A DNA stretch of 64,000 nucleotides from Chloroflexota bacterium (lineage in GTDB: Bacteria > Chloroflexota > Dehalococcoidia > Lucifugimonadales > UBA3495): the NCBI GenBank assembly GCA_027623675.1, contig JAQBVF010000017.1:1-64000 (forward strand), written 5' to 3'. Under the pieces are notes generated by a model, which was not told the DNA's origin, ran no database searches, and saw nothing but the letters and a program-made list of their open reading frames with translations. Below, one piece after another: positions 51,612-60,450 of the stretch. Position 1 is the first letter of the stretch. Each line of letters begins with the position of its first letter. The position numbers and the translations under genes were made by a program.

Positions 51612-52790
51612 TTACTTTCCCATCACCACCACGGTGCCGACCTGCATCAGGTCGCCCCAGGCTTGGGCCACCCCGCGCCGAACTTCCCGCTTCACCTGGC
51701 GCGGTCCGGCCTCGCCCTGTAGCTGCCAGTAGATCTCGGCGCATTTCATCATGCCGGCGGCGGCGATGGGATTGCCCACGCCCAGCAGTCCGCCGGACGG
51801 ACTGGCCGGAATGCCGTGCTCCGTGTCCCGGTCCCAAAATCCCTCTTCCAACAACCTGGGCGCCTGGCCCTTGTCGGCCAGCATCAGGCCCTCCAGGTGG
51901 TGCAGTTCTTTGTAGGCGAAGGGGTCATACGGTTCGGCCACGTGGATGTCCGTCTTGGGGTTGGTGATGCCCGCCATCTCGTAGGCCATGCGGGCCGCTT
52001 TCTCGACGTAGCGGGGATAATACAGGTCGCGGTTGGTCCAGAATGACGTGTCCAGGTTCCAGCCCACGCCCTCGATCCACACCGGTGGTTTGCTCATGCG
52101 CCGGGCGAACCGTTCCGAGGCCAGCACCATTGCGCCGCCGCCGTCGCTTATGGGCGACACCATCAGCCGCTGCACCGGCCAGGACATGATCTCGGAGGCC
52201 ATGATGTCTTCGATCTCGAAGTCGCCGGCCACCCCCAACTGGGCGGATGGATGGTCCAGGCCGTTGCGCTTGTTCTTCTGGGCCACCCTGGCGAAGGTTT
52301 CCATGGGCACGCCGTAGGTCTGCATGTAGCGGTTCATCTCCAGAGAGAAGATCCACAGCAGGTTCACGCCCAGGGGCCGCTCGGTGAACTGGTCGTAGAT
52401 GGCGTTGAACGCCCCCTGAGGATGGGGCAGCGCCGGGGACATCTTTTCTTCGGCCACCACCAGGCAGGTGTCGAACTGGCCGCTGGCGATGTGGTACCAG
52501 CCCGAGACCAGGCCGAACACGCCCGAGCCGCCGCCCACGTAGGTGCGCATGTAGGGTTTGCCCCAGGCACCGGCGCCGTCGGCGAAATACTCACCATTCA
52601 TGTGCACGCCGTCGAACGCCTCGGGGGCGGTCACGGAAACCACGCAGTCGATGTCGTCAATGGTCATCCCGGCGTCGTCCAAGGCGGTCTTGGCGGCCTC
52701 GAAGGCCAGCTCTTTGGGCGTTTCCAAGGCGCGGCGCATGAACTTGGTCAGCCCGGCGCCCAGAATGGCTACTTTATTCTTGTAGGGCAT
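51612..52790 (-). CDS. Thiolase-fold (SCP2-type) protein, no catalytic Cys
   Basis: VAILGAG.TKF, SPISDGGGAMVL, SGGLLGVGNPIAAAG; YVGGGSG at the usual CxSG site. Confidence 0.85.
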   Translation of the reverse strand: MPYKNKVAILGAGLTKFMRRALETPKELAFEAAKTALDDAGMTIDDIDCVVSVTAPEAFDGVHMNGEYFADGAGAWGKPYMRTYVGGGSGVFGLVSGWYHIASGQFDTCLVVAEEKMSPALPHPQGAFNAIYDQFTERPLGVNLLWIFSLEMNRYMQTYGVPMETFARVAQKNKRNGLDHPSAQLGVAGDFEIEDIMASEIMSWPVQRLMVSPISDGGGAMVLASERFARRMSKPPVWIEGVGWNLDTSFWTNRDLYYPRYVEKAARMAYEMAGITNPKTDIHVAEPYDPFAYKELHHLEGLMLADKGQAPRLLEEGFWDRDTEHGIPASPSGGLLGVGNPIAAAGMMKCAEIYWQLQGEAGPRQVKREVRRGVAQAWGDLMQVGTVVVMGK

Positions 52791-52846
52791 CTATCTCTCA
52801 CGACCCGCTTGGATAATGATTGGGTCCGCCAGCTTGATTCGGAGTC

Positions 52847-53998
52847 TTACTCGACCCCCAGCACGGCCACTCCGCCGGTGGCGGTGGGGATGCCGCGCCA
52901 CGACTGCGCCAGGCCTGTTTTGACGCCGGCTATCTGCCGTTCGCCGGCTTGGCCTCGCAGTTGGAGCACCACTTCCAACACGCTGCGCAGTCCCGACATG
53001 TCGTAGGTGTGGCCGCAGCCCAGGTTGCCGCCGGACACGTTCACCGGCAGGTCTCCGGTGGGCGAGAACAACCCGTCCCGCAGCAGTCTGCCCGACTCGC
53101 CGGGACCGGCCAGCCCCAGTGCTTCCAAGTGCTGCAGTTGCTTGTAGGAGTAGGTGTCGTCCACCTCGGCGAAGTCGATCTCCGAGACCGGACTGCCGAT
53201 GCCCGCCATCCGGTAGGCCCGTTCGGCCGCCTGCTCGATGTACTTGGCACGGTGCAGGTCACGCTCTTCGATGTTGGGTGTGTCCTGACTCCAGCCGATG
53301 CCGTTGATGAAGACCGGCTGGCCGCCGATGCGAGAGAGCAACGACTCACGAGCCAGCACGAATACCACCGCGCCGTCGGCCGGGTTGGCGATGTCGCCGC
53401 GCTTCAGAGGTTCGGCTTCGGGGCGCGATCCCATGATGTCGTCGACGGTCAACGCCGCTGGAAATGCAGCGAGCGGATTGGATAAGGCGTTGTGGCGGTT
53501 CACCGCAGCCACGAGGGCGGCCTGCTGCTCGGTGTTGCCCGTCTCGTCAAGGAATGACCGCATCTCCATGCCGGCGACGAAGTGGGGGTGGAACCCCAAG
53601 GGCCGAGCGTAGAGCGGGTCCAGGGCGAATGCGTCGATGTGGGCGGGATAGTCGATGTTGGACGCTTTGCTGTGTCCTTCGATCACCGCCAGGTCCAGTT
53701 GTTCGGTCTGGAGTTGCATCACCAGCGATGCGATGCCGGTGATGCCGTCGGCGGTTACGGTTTGGACCGGTTTCAGCACGGCGCCCAGTTGGTCGGGCAC
53801 ATACTCGTCGGCGATGGCCGTGCCTTCGATGTAGTCCTCGGTGATGGAGACGAAGGTGCTGATGTCGTTGGGGCCGACACCGGCGTCGTTGTAGGCCTTG
53901 ACCGCGGCCTCGAAGATCATCTCCCGGTATGAAACCTCTGGCGAGACGGACCGGAAGGGCGTGTAACCGGCTCCGACTATTGCGACCCGCTCGAACAT
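52847..53998 (-). CDS. Thiolase-fold (SCP2-type) protein, no catalytic Cys
   Basis: VAIVGAGYTPF, DGAVVFVL, VNVSGGNLGCGH; TADGITG at the usual CxSG site. Confidence 0.85.
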   Translation of the reverse strand: MFERVAIVGAGYTPFRSVSPEVSYREMIFEAAVKAYNDAGVGPNDISTFVSITEDYIEGTAIADEYVPDQLGAVLKPVQTVTADGITGIASLVMQLQTEQLDLAVIEGHSKASNIDYPAHIDAFALDPLYARPLGFHPHFVAGMEMRSFLDETGNTEQQAALVAAVNRHNALSNPLAAFPAALTVDDIMGSRPEAEPLKRGDIANPADGAVVFVLARESLLSRIGGQPVFINGIGWSQDTPNIEERDLHRAKYIEQAAERAYRMAGIGSPVSEIDFAEVDDTYSYKQLQHLEALGLAGPGESGRLLRDGLFSPTGDLPVNVSGGNLGCGHTYDMSGLRSVLEVVLQLRGQAGERQIAGVKTGLAQSWRGIPTATGGVAVLGVE

Positions 53999-54226
53999 GG
54001 CACCTCGGATATTAGGCTTTCGATGTTGGGGATCCCCGGGGTTTTAGCTGTGAACCAGGCCTAAGTTTCGGACTTGAAATCGAGGTTTGAGCATACCAGA
54101 AATCGAGTGGCGGGCGCTACGAAGCTGAGGGACGCAGCACGGCTTTTAGATCATCCCTCCAGCGCCAGTTTCGCCCTTAAATCTTCAACAATCCAAAGGC
54201 CTGGGGGACGCCGGGATAAACGGGGC

Positions 54227-55603
54227 CTACCGGAAGAATGGCTCACTTGGCCCGTCGTGGTCATCGTCGTCGTCATCCTCCTCCTCCCACAGGTCCGGGT
54301 CTTCCCAGGGCTGCAAGCCCTCCTCCGGGTCGCGGGCTGGCCGGAGTCTGGACGCCACTAATTGGATGGACAGCGCGACGATCACCAGCAACATGAGCCC
54401 GCCGAGAAGCCAGCTATCGAAGAACAAAATGGGCGACGGTTTGGAGGCGGGGCCTCGGCCGGGCGCCGCCGGGGCGGGAGCGGGCGCTCCGGGAGCCTCA
54501 CCGGCCCAACGGGCGTCCAATCCGTCTGTGTCGAAGCCGTAGACGTTCATCAGCGAAGCGTCCACGGTGGCGCCGCCGTTCAATTCGGCCACGAATCGCT
54601 GGAATCCGGCCTCGCCGAACTCGTCAATCATGAACGCCACGACGCTCAGCGACTTCTGGTAGAAGGCGTTGATGGTGTGGGGCGTGCCGGTTACCGTGTT
54701 CATGGCCCGGAGCGGGATAGTGCGCGAGTTGAGGCTGGGGCCGCTTAGGACCGTGGACGATGGGTCCATGTAACTGGCGAATCCCTCGTCCAACCAAGCG
54801 GGTGTGGGGAGCGCCCGGTCGCCTACGGCTTGGCCAAACATCAGGTGGGCGACCTCATGCACGATCAGCCCCCGGTCCATGCCCAACCCCAAGAATAGCC
54901 CCCGCTCGGAGAAGGCGAACCCCTGGAATATCTGCTGTTCGGTGGTGGTGCGGCTCTGTTGCGGGAATGCTTCCAGGGTGTCGGAGCGGTTACTGTAGAT
55001 AATGCCCTTGATGGCGTTCGGCTGGTCAAGCTGCAGTAACGTTTGCAGTTTCTCCAAGTCCGATTCCAGTTGCCGGGCCACCGCTTGCACCGTGGAGTTG
55101 GACTGGTCGTAATACTGCAGGGTCAGCGGTCCGATCGTAACTTTATCCCAGTCGAACCGGGTATCTTCGTAGACCACCGTCGCCGGTTCGGTGCGGAGCA
55201 TGTTGCCCTTGGAGTCGCTGATCTCGTAGTAATACTCGATCTCGGTGCCCGGAGGCTGGTAGGTGGGCACCTCTCCCGTCAGGTTGATACTGGCGGTGAT
55301 CCGGTTGGCCGGCACGAAGCTTGGATAGGCGTAGGCCCAGATGCGGCTACCGGCGGTGCGGTAGAAGATACGCACCGCCACGATCTCGTCGTCTCCCCGT
55401 GCCGTCACCGACAGGTCGACGTTGCCGGGGAAGATCACCGATTGACTGGTCGCATCGACCTCGATTCCCCCTGCGGCGGAGACGGGAGAAGCCGTCGAGA
55501 GCGCGATGAGAAAAACGCCGACCGAGGCGAGAAGAACGGTCCGCCGGAGCGTTGCCCGGAGCGTTGCTATGAAGGACAGATGTCGGAGGATCGAGCTTGG
55601 CAA
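54227..55603 (-). CDS. Peptidase MA family metallohydrolase, membrane-anchored
   Basis: HEVAH...WLDEGFASY; signal peptide, C-terminal TM and acidic tail. Confidence 0.82.
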   Translation of the reverse strand: MPSSILRHLSFIATLRATLRRTVLLASVGVFLIALSTASPVSAAGGIEVDATSQSVIFPGNVDLSVTARGDDEIVAVRIFYRTAGSRIWAYAYPSFVPANRITASINLTGEVPTYQPPGTEIEYYYEISDSKGNMLRTEPATVVYEDTRFDWDKVTIGPLTLQYYDQSNSTVQAVARQLESDLEKLQTLLQLDQPNAIKGIIYSNRSDTLEAFPQQSRTTTEQQIFQGFAFSERGLFLGLGMDRGLIVHEVAHLMFGQAVGDRALPTPAWLDEGFASYMDPSSTVLSGPSLNSRTIPLRAMNTVTGTPHTINAFYQKSLSVVAFMIDEFGEAGFQRFVAELNGGATVDASLMNVYGFDTDGLDARWAGEAPGAPAPAPAAPGRGPASKPSPILFFDSWLLGGLMLLVIVALSIQLVASRLRPARDPEEGLQPWEDPDLWEEEDDDDDDHDGPSEPFFR

Positions 55604-55711
55604 CTCTGGCGGGTCCCTGCTGATTGGCGGTTGAGAGCCAGTGCGAACTGACCTACATAAAGTATACGTTGGATTCCTGCCAAAGGCTTTCCGCTCCCGT
55701 TCCCGCGCCCG

Positions 55712-56794
55712 CTATTCGGCTGCCTGCTCCATCGCCAGCAGTGACTTTTTCCGCTCCAGCCCCCATTCGTAGCCGCCCAGGCCGCCGTCGGTGCGCAGCA
55801 CGCGGTGGCAGGGTATGACTAGAGCCACCGGATTGGCCCCGCAGGCCGTGCCCACTGCGCGGGAAGAATTGGCGTTGCCCAGCGACTGCGCCACCTGCCG
55901 GTAGGTGCGGGTCTCGCCGTAGGGAATGGCTTTTAGCATCTGCCATACCTGCTGCTGGAAGGCCGTCGCTTGGATGTCCAGTGGCAGGTCCAAGCCGGTC
56001 TTTTCCCCGTCCAGGTAAGACAGTATCTCGGCGGTCCAGATCGCCAGGTTGCCCCCGTCTTGCTGGTGTTTTGCCGATGGAAACTCGGCTAGTAATCGCT
56101 CTTTCAGCGCCGTGTCCGAGTCGCCCAACATCACCGAGCAGACTCCCTTGTCGGTGGACGCCACCAGGAGCCGGCCCATGGGGCAGGCCGCCACCGTGTG
56201 ATAGATGTTCATACCCTTCCCTCCATTCCTGTAGACGCCGGGACTCATGCCCATGTGCGCTTCCGATCTCTCGTACAGCCTGCTGGGCGAACCGAACCCA
56301 GCCTCGTAGAGCGCGGCTGAGATGCTCTGTCCGCCCTTGATCATCGCCTTGAACCGGTCCATCCGCCAGGCCGACGCGTACTGGTGCGGCGTGACCCCGG
56401 TTGCGTCTTTGAACACCCGCTGCACGTGTGAGGGGCTGGTCCCAACCGCCCGGCCGATCTCGGCCAGGGTGGGTCCGGAATCTGAGTTGTCTTGGATGTA
56501 CTTGCACACCCGGCGGACCAGGCCGGCGTTGCCGACGCTGGCAGACTCTTGGTCCGGCAGGCAGCGTTTGCACGCCCTGAATCCCGCGGCCTCCGCATCG
56601 ACGGCCCGAGGGAAGAAAGCGACGCGGTGGGGCGCCGGCCGGCGGCTGGGACAGGTGGGCCGGCAATAGATGCCGGTTGAGCTGACCGAGTAGACGAAAC
56701 GCCCATCGGCCCTGGCGTCGCGCGTTTGTACAGCCTCCCACTTATCGGGGTCTATTCCGGAGTTCCGGTATTCAGCAGCAACCATATTTCCCAC
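55712..56794 (-). CDS. ada: Bifunctional transcriptional regulator / O6-methylguanine-DNA methyltransferase
   Basis: TGIYCRPTC, GFRACKRC, AraC HTH, PCHRV active site. Confidence 0.93.
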   Translation of the reverse strand: MGNMVAAEYRNSGIDPDKWEAVQTRDARADGRFVYSVSSTGIYCRPTCPSRRPAPHRVAFFPRAVDAEAAGFRACKRCLPDQESASVGNAGLVRRVCKYIQDNSDSGPTLAEIGRAVGTSPSHVQRVFKDATGVTPHQYASAWRMDRFKAMIKGGQSISAALYEAGFGSPSRLYERSEAHMGMSPGVYRNGGKGMNIYHTVAACPMGRLLVASTDKGVCSVMLGDSDTALKERLLAEFPSAKHQQDGGNLAIWTAEILSYLDGEKTGLDLPLDIQATAFQQQVWQMLKAIPYGETRTYRQVAQSLGNANSSRAVGTACGANPVALVIPCHRVLRTDGGLGGYEWGLERKKSLLAMEQAAE

Positions 56795-56821
56795 CTATCA
56801 GGCTCGTTCGGTGTCGCGTGC

Positions 56822-57268
56822 CTAGTTTGCGGGTCTGACGAAATGGGTCGAATTCACCAGGGCCAGCAGCTTGCCGTCGTCGGCGGTCACCCGGGTGGTC
56901 ACTGCCACTAGGGTGCGGCCCGGATGGGCCACCATGCTTTCGGCCCGAAGGGTGCCGGTCCGGACGTTGGCCACTATCTGGGTCGAGATGCTCACCGCCA
57001 CCGGTATCTCGTCCAGCGTTATATCCCGCCCCGTAGCGGCGACCGCGGCGTAGGTGGCGGCCGTGTCGGCCAGGGAGACCATGCTCCCCGCGTGGACGTG
57101 GCCCGACGGCGTTGCCAGGCCGGGGTGGACCGGCAGCTCAACCACCGTTTTCTCCTTGCTGACCTCCAACACGCGCATCCCCAGGTGTCCCATGAGGGTG
57201 CCGTCGAAGTGATCGGTCATCCATCTGCCCTGGTCTTCGGGGGTTGATCCCACGGGCCAACGTTCCAT
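56822..57268 (-). CDS. PaaI family thioesterase
   Basis: G.VHAGSMVSLADT hotdog motif. Confidence 0.85.
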   Translation of the reverse strand: MERWPVGSTPEDQGRWMTDHFDGTLMGHLGMRVLEVSKEKTVVELPVHPGLATPSGHVHAGSMVSLADTAATYAAVAATGRDITLDEIPVAVSISTQIVANVRTGTLRAESMVAHPGRTLVAVTTRVTADDGKLLALVNSTHFVRPAN

Positions 57269-57471
57269 CTATATCCCTTTCTATATCCCTTTCTGGCGGA
57301 GGTTGCAGTCCCTTCGACGCCATCAGAATACCTTAAATCCCAGGGCTGTTCTATCCGGTTCTGACTCTCAAAGTCGGGCTTTCAAAATGGCTGGTAGAGG
57401 CCATTGGCATCAGGTGTTTGAATAAAGTTTAAGCAATGTTCAAGGATGGTGACCCATGGTCATTGTTATGT

Positions 57472-57492
57472 CGTACAAACGTTCTATATAAT
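57472..57492 (+). promoter_or_regulatory. Putative LexA (SOS) box next to the -10 of the imuB-dnaE2 promoter
   Basis: CGTAC-AAAC-GTTCT, one mismatch to GAAC-N4-GTTC, followed by TATAAT at 57487-57492. Confidence 0.65.
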
Positions 57493-57599
57493 CCGTCCCC
57501 CACCGGGGAAATAGCCTCAGATAAGGGCCAAAACCAGGCTCTAAATCAGAACATTTCCCGAACTAAAGCCCCCGAACTAAAAACCCGGGACTAAAGCCG

Positions 57600-58799
57600 A
57601 TGACCGACCGTTCCATAGCCTGCATGATCGTCACCCACCTCCCGGTTAAAGCCGAGATGCGCCGCTATCCCCAATTGCGGGGAAAGCCCGTCGTTATCAC
57701 CGAGAGTTACGGTTCCAGGGACCTGGTGCTGGACAGCTCGCCGGAAGCCCAGGGAGTGACCGCCGGCATGCCACTCGCCGAGGCCATGTCCCGGTGCAAA
57801 GAGGCGTCCCTGGTCCAGGCCGACGCGCCCTACTACAACGGCGCCTTCGACAAGCTGGTCAAGGCCCTTGAATCGCGGAGTCCCATGGTGGAAAAGGCCG
57901 GACTTGGCTGCACCTACGTGGGTCTGGACGGCTTGGAGCTTATGTACGGAGGCGAGGCGCGAGTTATTGCGTCCCTGCTCCAGGCGGCGCCCCAGGAGTT
58001 CAATCCCAGGGTCGGCGTGGCCACGGGCAAATTCCCGGCCTACGTCGCCGCGGTGACCACCAAGGGCGGGCGGGCCACCAAGGTGCCCTCGGACGCGGCC
58101 GGTTCGGCGGGTTTCTTGAACGCACTTTCCATCGGACTGCTGCCCATATCTTGGGCCAATAAGACCCGGCTGCACCGCTTTGGCATCCATACCCTGGGAC
58201 AACTGGCGGCCCTGCCGGTGGGTGCGGTCCAGGCCCAATTGGGCACCGACGGCCGGCGCGCCTGGCAACTGGCCAGCGGGGTGGACAACAGCCCGCTCAA
58301 GCCCCACCGGGAGGAGCAGGCGGTGGAAGAATCGCTGACTTTCCCCTCGCCCACCGTCACATGGAGTCCGATCCTGATGGCCCTGAGCACGCTGCTGGGC
58401 CGTGCCTTTGCCCGCCCGGAGGTCGGTGGCCGCTACGTCCGCACCGCCACCATCGAAAGCCATGTGTACCGGCTGCCGCCCTGGGTGAAACGCTTTGGGT
58501 TCAAAGAGGCACTGGGCAGCAGAGACCGGGCCCTGTTCGCCCTGAAGAGCCGGTTGGACAGCGTGACCCTGCCCGGACCGCTGGAAGACATAAAGCTGAC
58601 CCTGGCCGGGTTCACCGGAGAGTCGGGGATCCAGACCAACCTCTTCTCAGACGTGCGCAAACAGGAGCAGCTCAAAGAGATGATGCGCCAGTTGGAAGCC
58701 GTGTTGGGTGGCAAACCGCCCATCTACCAGATGAAGGAGGTGGAGCCGTGGTCGCGCATCCCAGAAAGACGCCAAGCCCTGGTCCCATTCGACCCGTAA
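57600..58799 (+). CDS. imuB: ImuB-like inactive Y-family polymerase
   Basis: Y-family layout (GV..GMPL.EA, RLHRFGIHTLGQLAALP) without catalytic Asp/Glu; clamp-like motif QTNLF; upstream of dnaE2. Confidence 0.82.
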   Translation: MTDRSIACMIVTHLPVKAEMRRYPQLRGKPVVITESYGSRDLVLDSSPEAQGVTAGMPLAEAMSRCKEASLVQADAPYYNGAFDKLVKALESRSPMVEKAGLGCTYVGLDGLELMYGGEARVIASLLQAAPQEFNPRVGVATGKFPAYVAAVTTKGGRATKVPSDAAGSAGFLNALSIGLLPISWANKTRLHRFGIHTLGQLAALPVGAVQAQLGTDGRRAWQLASGVDNSPLKPHREEQAVEESLTFPSPTVTWSPILMALSTLLGRAFARPEVGGRYVRTATIESHVYRLPPWVKRFGFKEALGSRDRALFALKSRLDSVTLPGPLEDIKLTLAGFTGESGIQTNLFSDVRKQEQLKEMMRQLEAVLGGKPPIYQMKEVEPWSRIPERRQALVPFDP

Positions 58800-59260
58800 G
58801 GTCCAAAACCGCCACGGCTAAAAGCACGTCGCCCAAAACCTCAGATTCCATCTCTGAGGCCAATGCCGCCGCCGGGCCCGGAGTCCGGAACACGCGGTTC
58901 CGGCCCATGAACCTGCCTGTGCCCATAGACGTCGCCGTGGACGATGCCGAGCGTCCCGTGTCCGTCACGCTGCCGCCGGCGGCATCTGTCCGCCCGCTGG
59001 GTCCCCGCCGCCCAGCTAGCTACCGCGGTTCCGAGCAGAAAGGCCGAAAGCTAGCAGTCACTTCCATTGATGACCTATGGCAGGTGGACGACGAATGGTG
59101 GCGAGAAACCCCCATCTCCCGCCGCTACTATCTGATAACCGCTAGGCAGATAACCGCTAGTCAGCTAACCACCCAAGCCCCAATCACTCAAGGCGACCGG
59201 CGCCTGACCATCTTCCACGACCAGATAAACCACCAATGGCACTGGCAAAAAGGGGGGTGA
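58748..59260 (+). CDS. Small mutasome-associated protein (DUF6504-like)
   Basis: AAGGAGGT SD then GTG 58748 overlapping the end of imuB; VTSIDDLWQVDDEWWRETPISRRYY...TIFHD...W. Confidence 0.65.
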   Translation: MVAHPRKTPSPGPIRPVRSKTATAKSTSPKTSDSISEANAAAGPGVRNTRFRPMNLPVPIDVAVDDAERPVSVTLPPAASVRPLGPRRPASYRGSEQKGRKLAVTSIDDLWQVDDEWWRETPISRRYYLITARQITASQLTTQAPITQGDRRLTIFHDQINHQWHWQKGG

Positions 59261-59263
59261 GGG

Positions 59264-59335
59264 GTGCTAGGTTATCAAAGTAACTTGAAGCCCATCAGCC
59301 GCCAGTTACGCTCGGAAATGACCGATTGTGAGCAG
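59264..59335 (+). pseudogene. 5' fragment of a DUF559 (Vsr-like) endonuclease gene, truncated at the repeat array
   Basis: Reads MLGYQSNLKPISRQLRSEMTDCEQ, resembling DUF559 N-termini (Y..LK..AR.LR..MT.AE), then runs into repeats and stops at 59383. Confidence 0.55.
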
Positions 59336-59380
59336 CCACCCGCATATGTCATCCTGAGCAGCCACCCGCATATGTCATCC
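59329..59380 (+). repeat. Tandem repeat, 2 x 26 bp of the element left end
   Basis: TGAGCAGCCACCCGCATATGTCATCC twice. Confidence 0.9.
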
Positions 59381-59760
59381 TGAGCCAGCCGCGGCGGCGA
59401 AGGATCTACCAATCCCGAGGAACCGCAGAATGAACCATTACTACGTGTACATCATGGCCAGTTACCAGGGAACTCTATACATAGGAATGACCAACGATTT
59501 ATACCGCAGGGCATACGAACACCGTCATAAGTTAGTGCCCGGATTCACCCAAAAGTACAACGTGAACAAGTTGGTGTATTACGAGGAAACATCGGACGTG
59601 GAGTCAGCCATCGCCAGGGAAAAGCAGATTAAAGGATGGCGAAGGAGCAAAAAAGCATCATTGGTGGCATCATCGAACCCACATTGGGTGGACTTGGCTG
59701 AAAGCTGGTATGAAGACCGAAGCTTGGCAGACCCTTCACTACGTTCAGGGTGACATATGC
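59368..59760 (+). mobile_element. GIY-YIG nuclease element bounded by palindromic terminal inverted repeats
   Basis: Left end GCATATGTCATCCTGAGC...GCGAAGGATCT; right end AGACCCTTCACTACGTTCAGGGTGACATATGC; encloses one gene. Confidence 0.7.
59430..59753 (+). CDS. GIY-YIG nuclease family protein
   Basis: YYVYIMAS...LYIGMTNDLYRR.YEH, AIAREKQIKGW; catalytic Arg/Glu present; stop codon lies inside the right inverted repeat. Confidence 0.92.
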   Translation: MNHYYVYIMASYQGTLYIGMTNDLYRRAYEHRHKLVPGFTQKYNVNKLVYYEETSDVESAIAREKQIKGWRRSKKASLVASSNPHWVDLAESWYEDRSLADPSLRSG

Positions 59761-59780
59761 AGAGCCGTGTTCGGGCTGCC

Positions 59781-59939
59781 TATGTCACCCTGAGCCAGCC
59801 ACCCTCCTATGTCACCCCGAGCCAGCCACTCGCATATGTCATCCTGAGCCAGCCACCCTCCTATGTCATCGTGAGCAGCCGTTCGCATATGTCATCCTGA
59901 GCAGCCGTTCGCATATGTCATCGTGAGAAGCCATTCGCA
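59781..59939 (+). repeat. Tandem array of six 26-27 bp left-end units
   Basis: TATGTCA(T/C)C(C/G)(T/C)GAG(C)CAGCC... at 59781, 59808, 59835, 59862, 59888, 59914. Confidence 0.9.
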
Positions 59940-60115
59940 TATGTCATCCTGAGCCAGCCGCAGCGGCGAAGGATCTGCCAAGTCCGAGGACTGCAGGATT
60001 AACCGCTATTACGTGTCTGCCATGACCAGTTAACAGAGGACTAGATGCATAGGAATAACCGATCATTTACATCGAAGCTTGGCAGACCCTTCCCTTCGCT
60101 CAGGGTGACATATGC
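59937..60115 (+). mobile_element. Non-autonomous, internally deleted copy of the GIY-YIG element (MITE-like)
   Basis: Same two inverted ends; interior aligns to the SD and first ~25 codons of the GIY-YIG gene, joined to CGAAGCTTGGCAG. Confidence 0.75.
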
Positions 60116-60197
60116 AGAGTCGTGTTCGGGCTGAAAATAATAGCATCGAGGTTAGGTGCCTGGAGTAGAGCATGCTTTTGCGGCGAGCCAGGATTAG

Positions 60198-60277
60198 TAT
60201 GGCATCCCGAGCCAGCCACTCACATATGTCATTCAGAGCCAGCCACCCTCCTATGTCATCGTGAGAAGCCATTCGCA
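60198..60277 (+). repeat. Tandem array of three left-end units
   Basis: Units at 60198, 60225, 60252. Confidence 0.85.
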
Positions 60278-60450
60278 TATGTCATCCTGAGCCAGCCGCA
60301 GCGGCGAAGGATCTGCCAAGTCCGAGGACTGCAGGATTAACCGCTATTACGTGTCTGCCATGACCAGTTAACAGAGGACTAGATATGCATAGGAATAACC
60401 GATCATTTACATCGAAGCTTGGCAGACCCTTCCCTTCGCTCAGGGTGACA
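60275..60450 (+). mobile_element. Second non-autonomous copy, nearly identical to 59937-60110
   Basis: Differs from copy 1 by a 2-nt insertion (AGATATGC vs AGATGC) and loss of the terminal TATGC. Confidence 0.75.

Noticed and set aside
58361..58747. N-terminal part of the 299-aa ORF 58361..59260
   Set aside because: Alternative frame of imuB; the SD supports a start at GTG 58748.
59781..60277. CRISPR array
   Set aside because: Units are head-to-tail with no unique 25-45 bp spacers, derive from the element end, and no cas genes are present.
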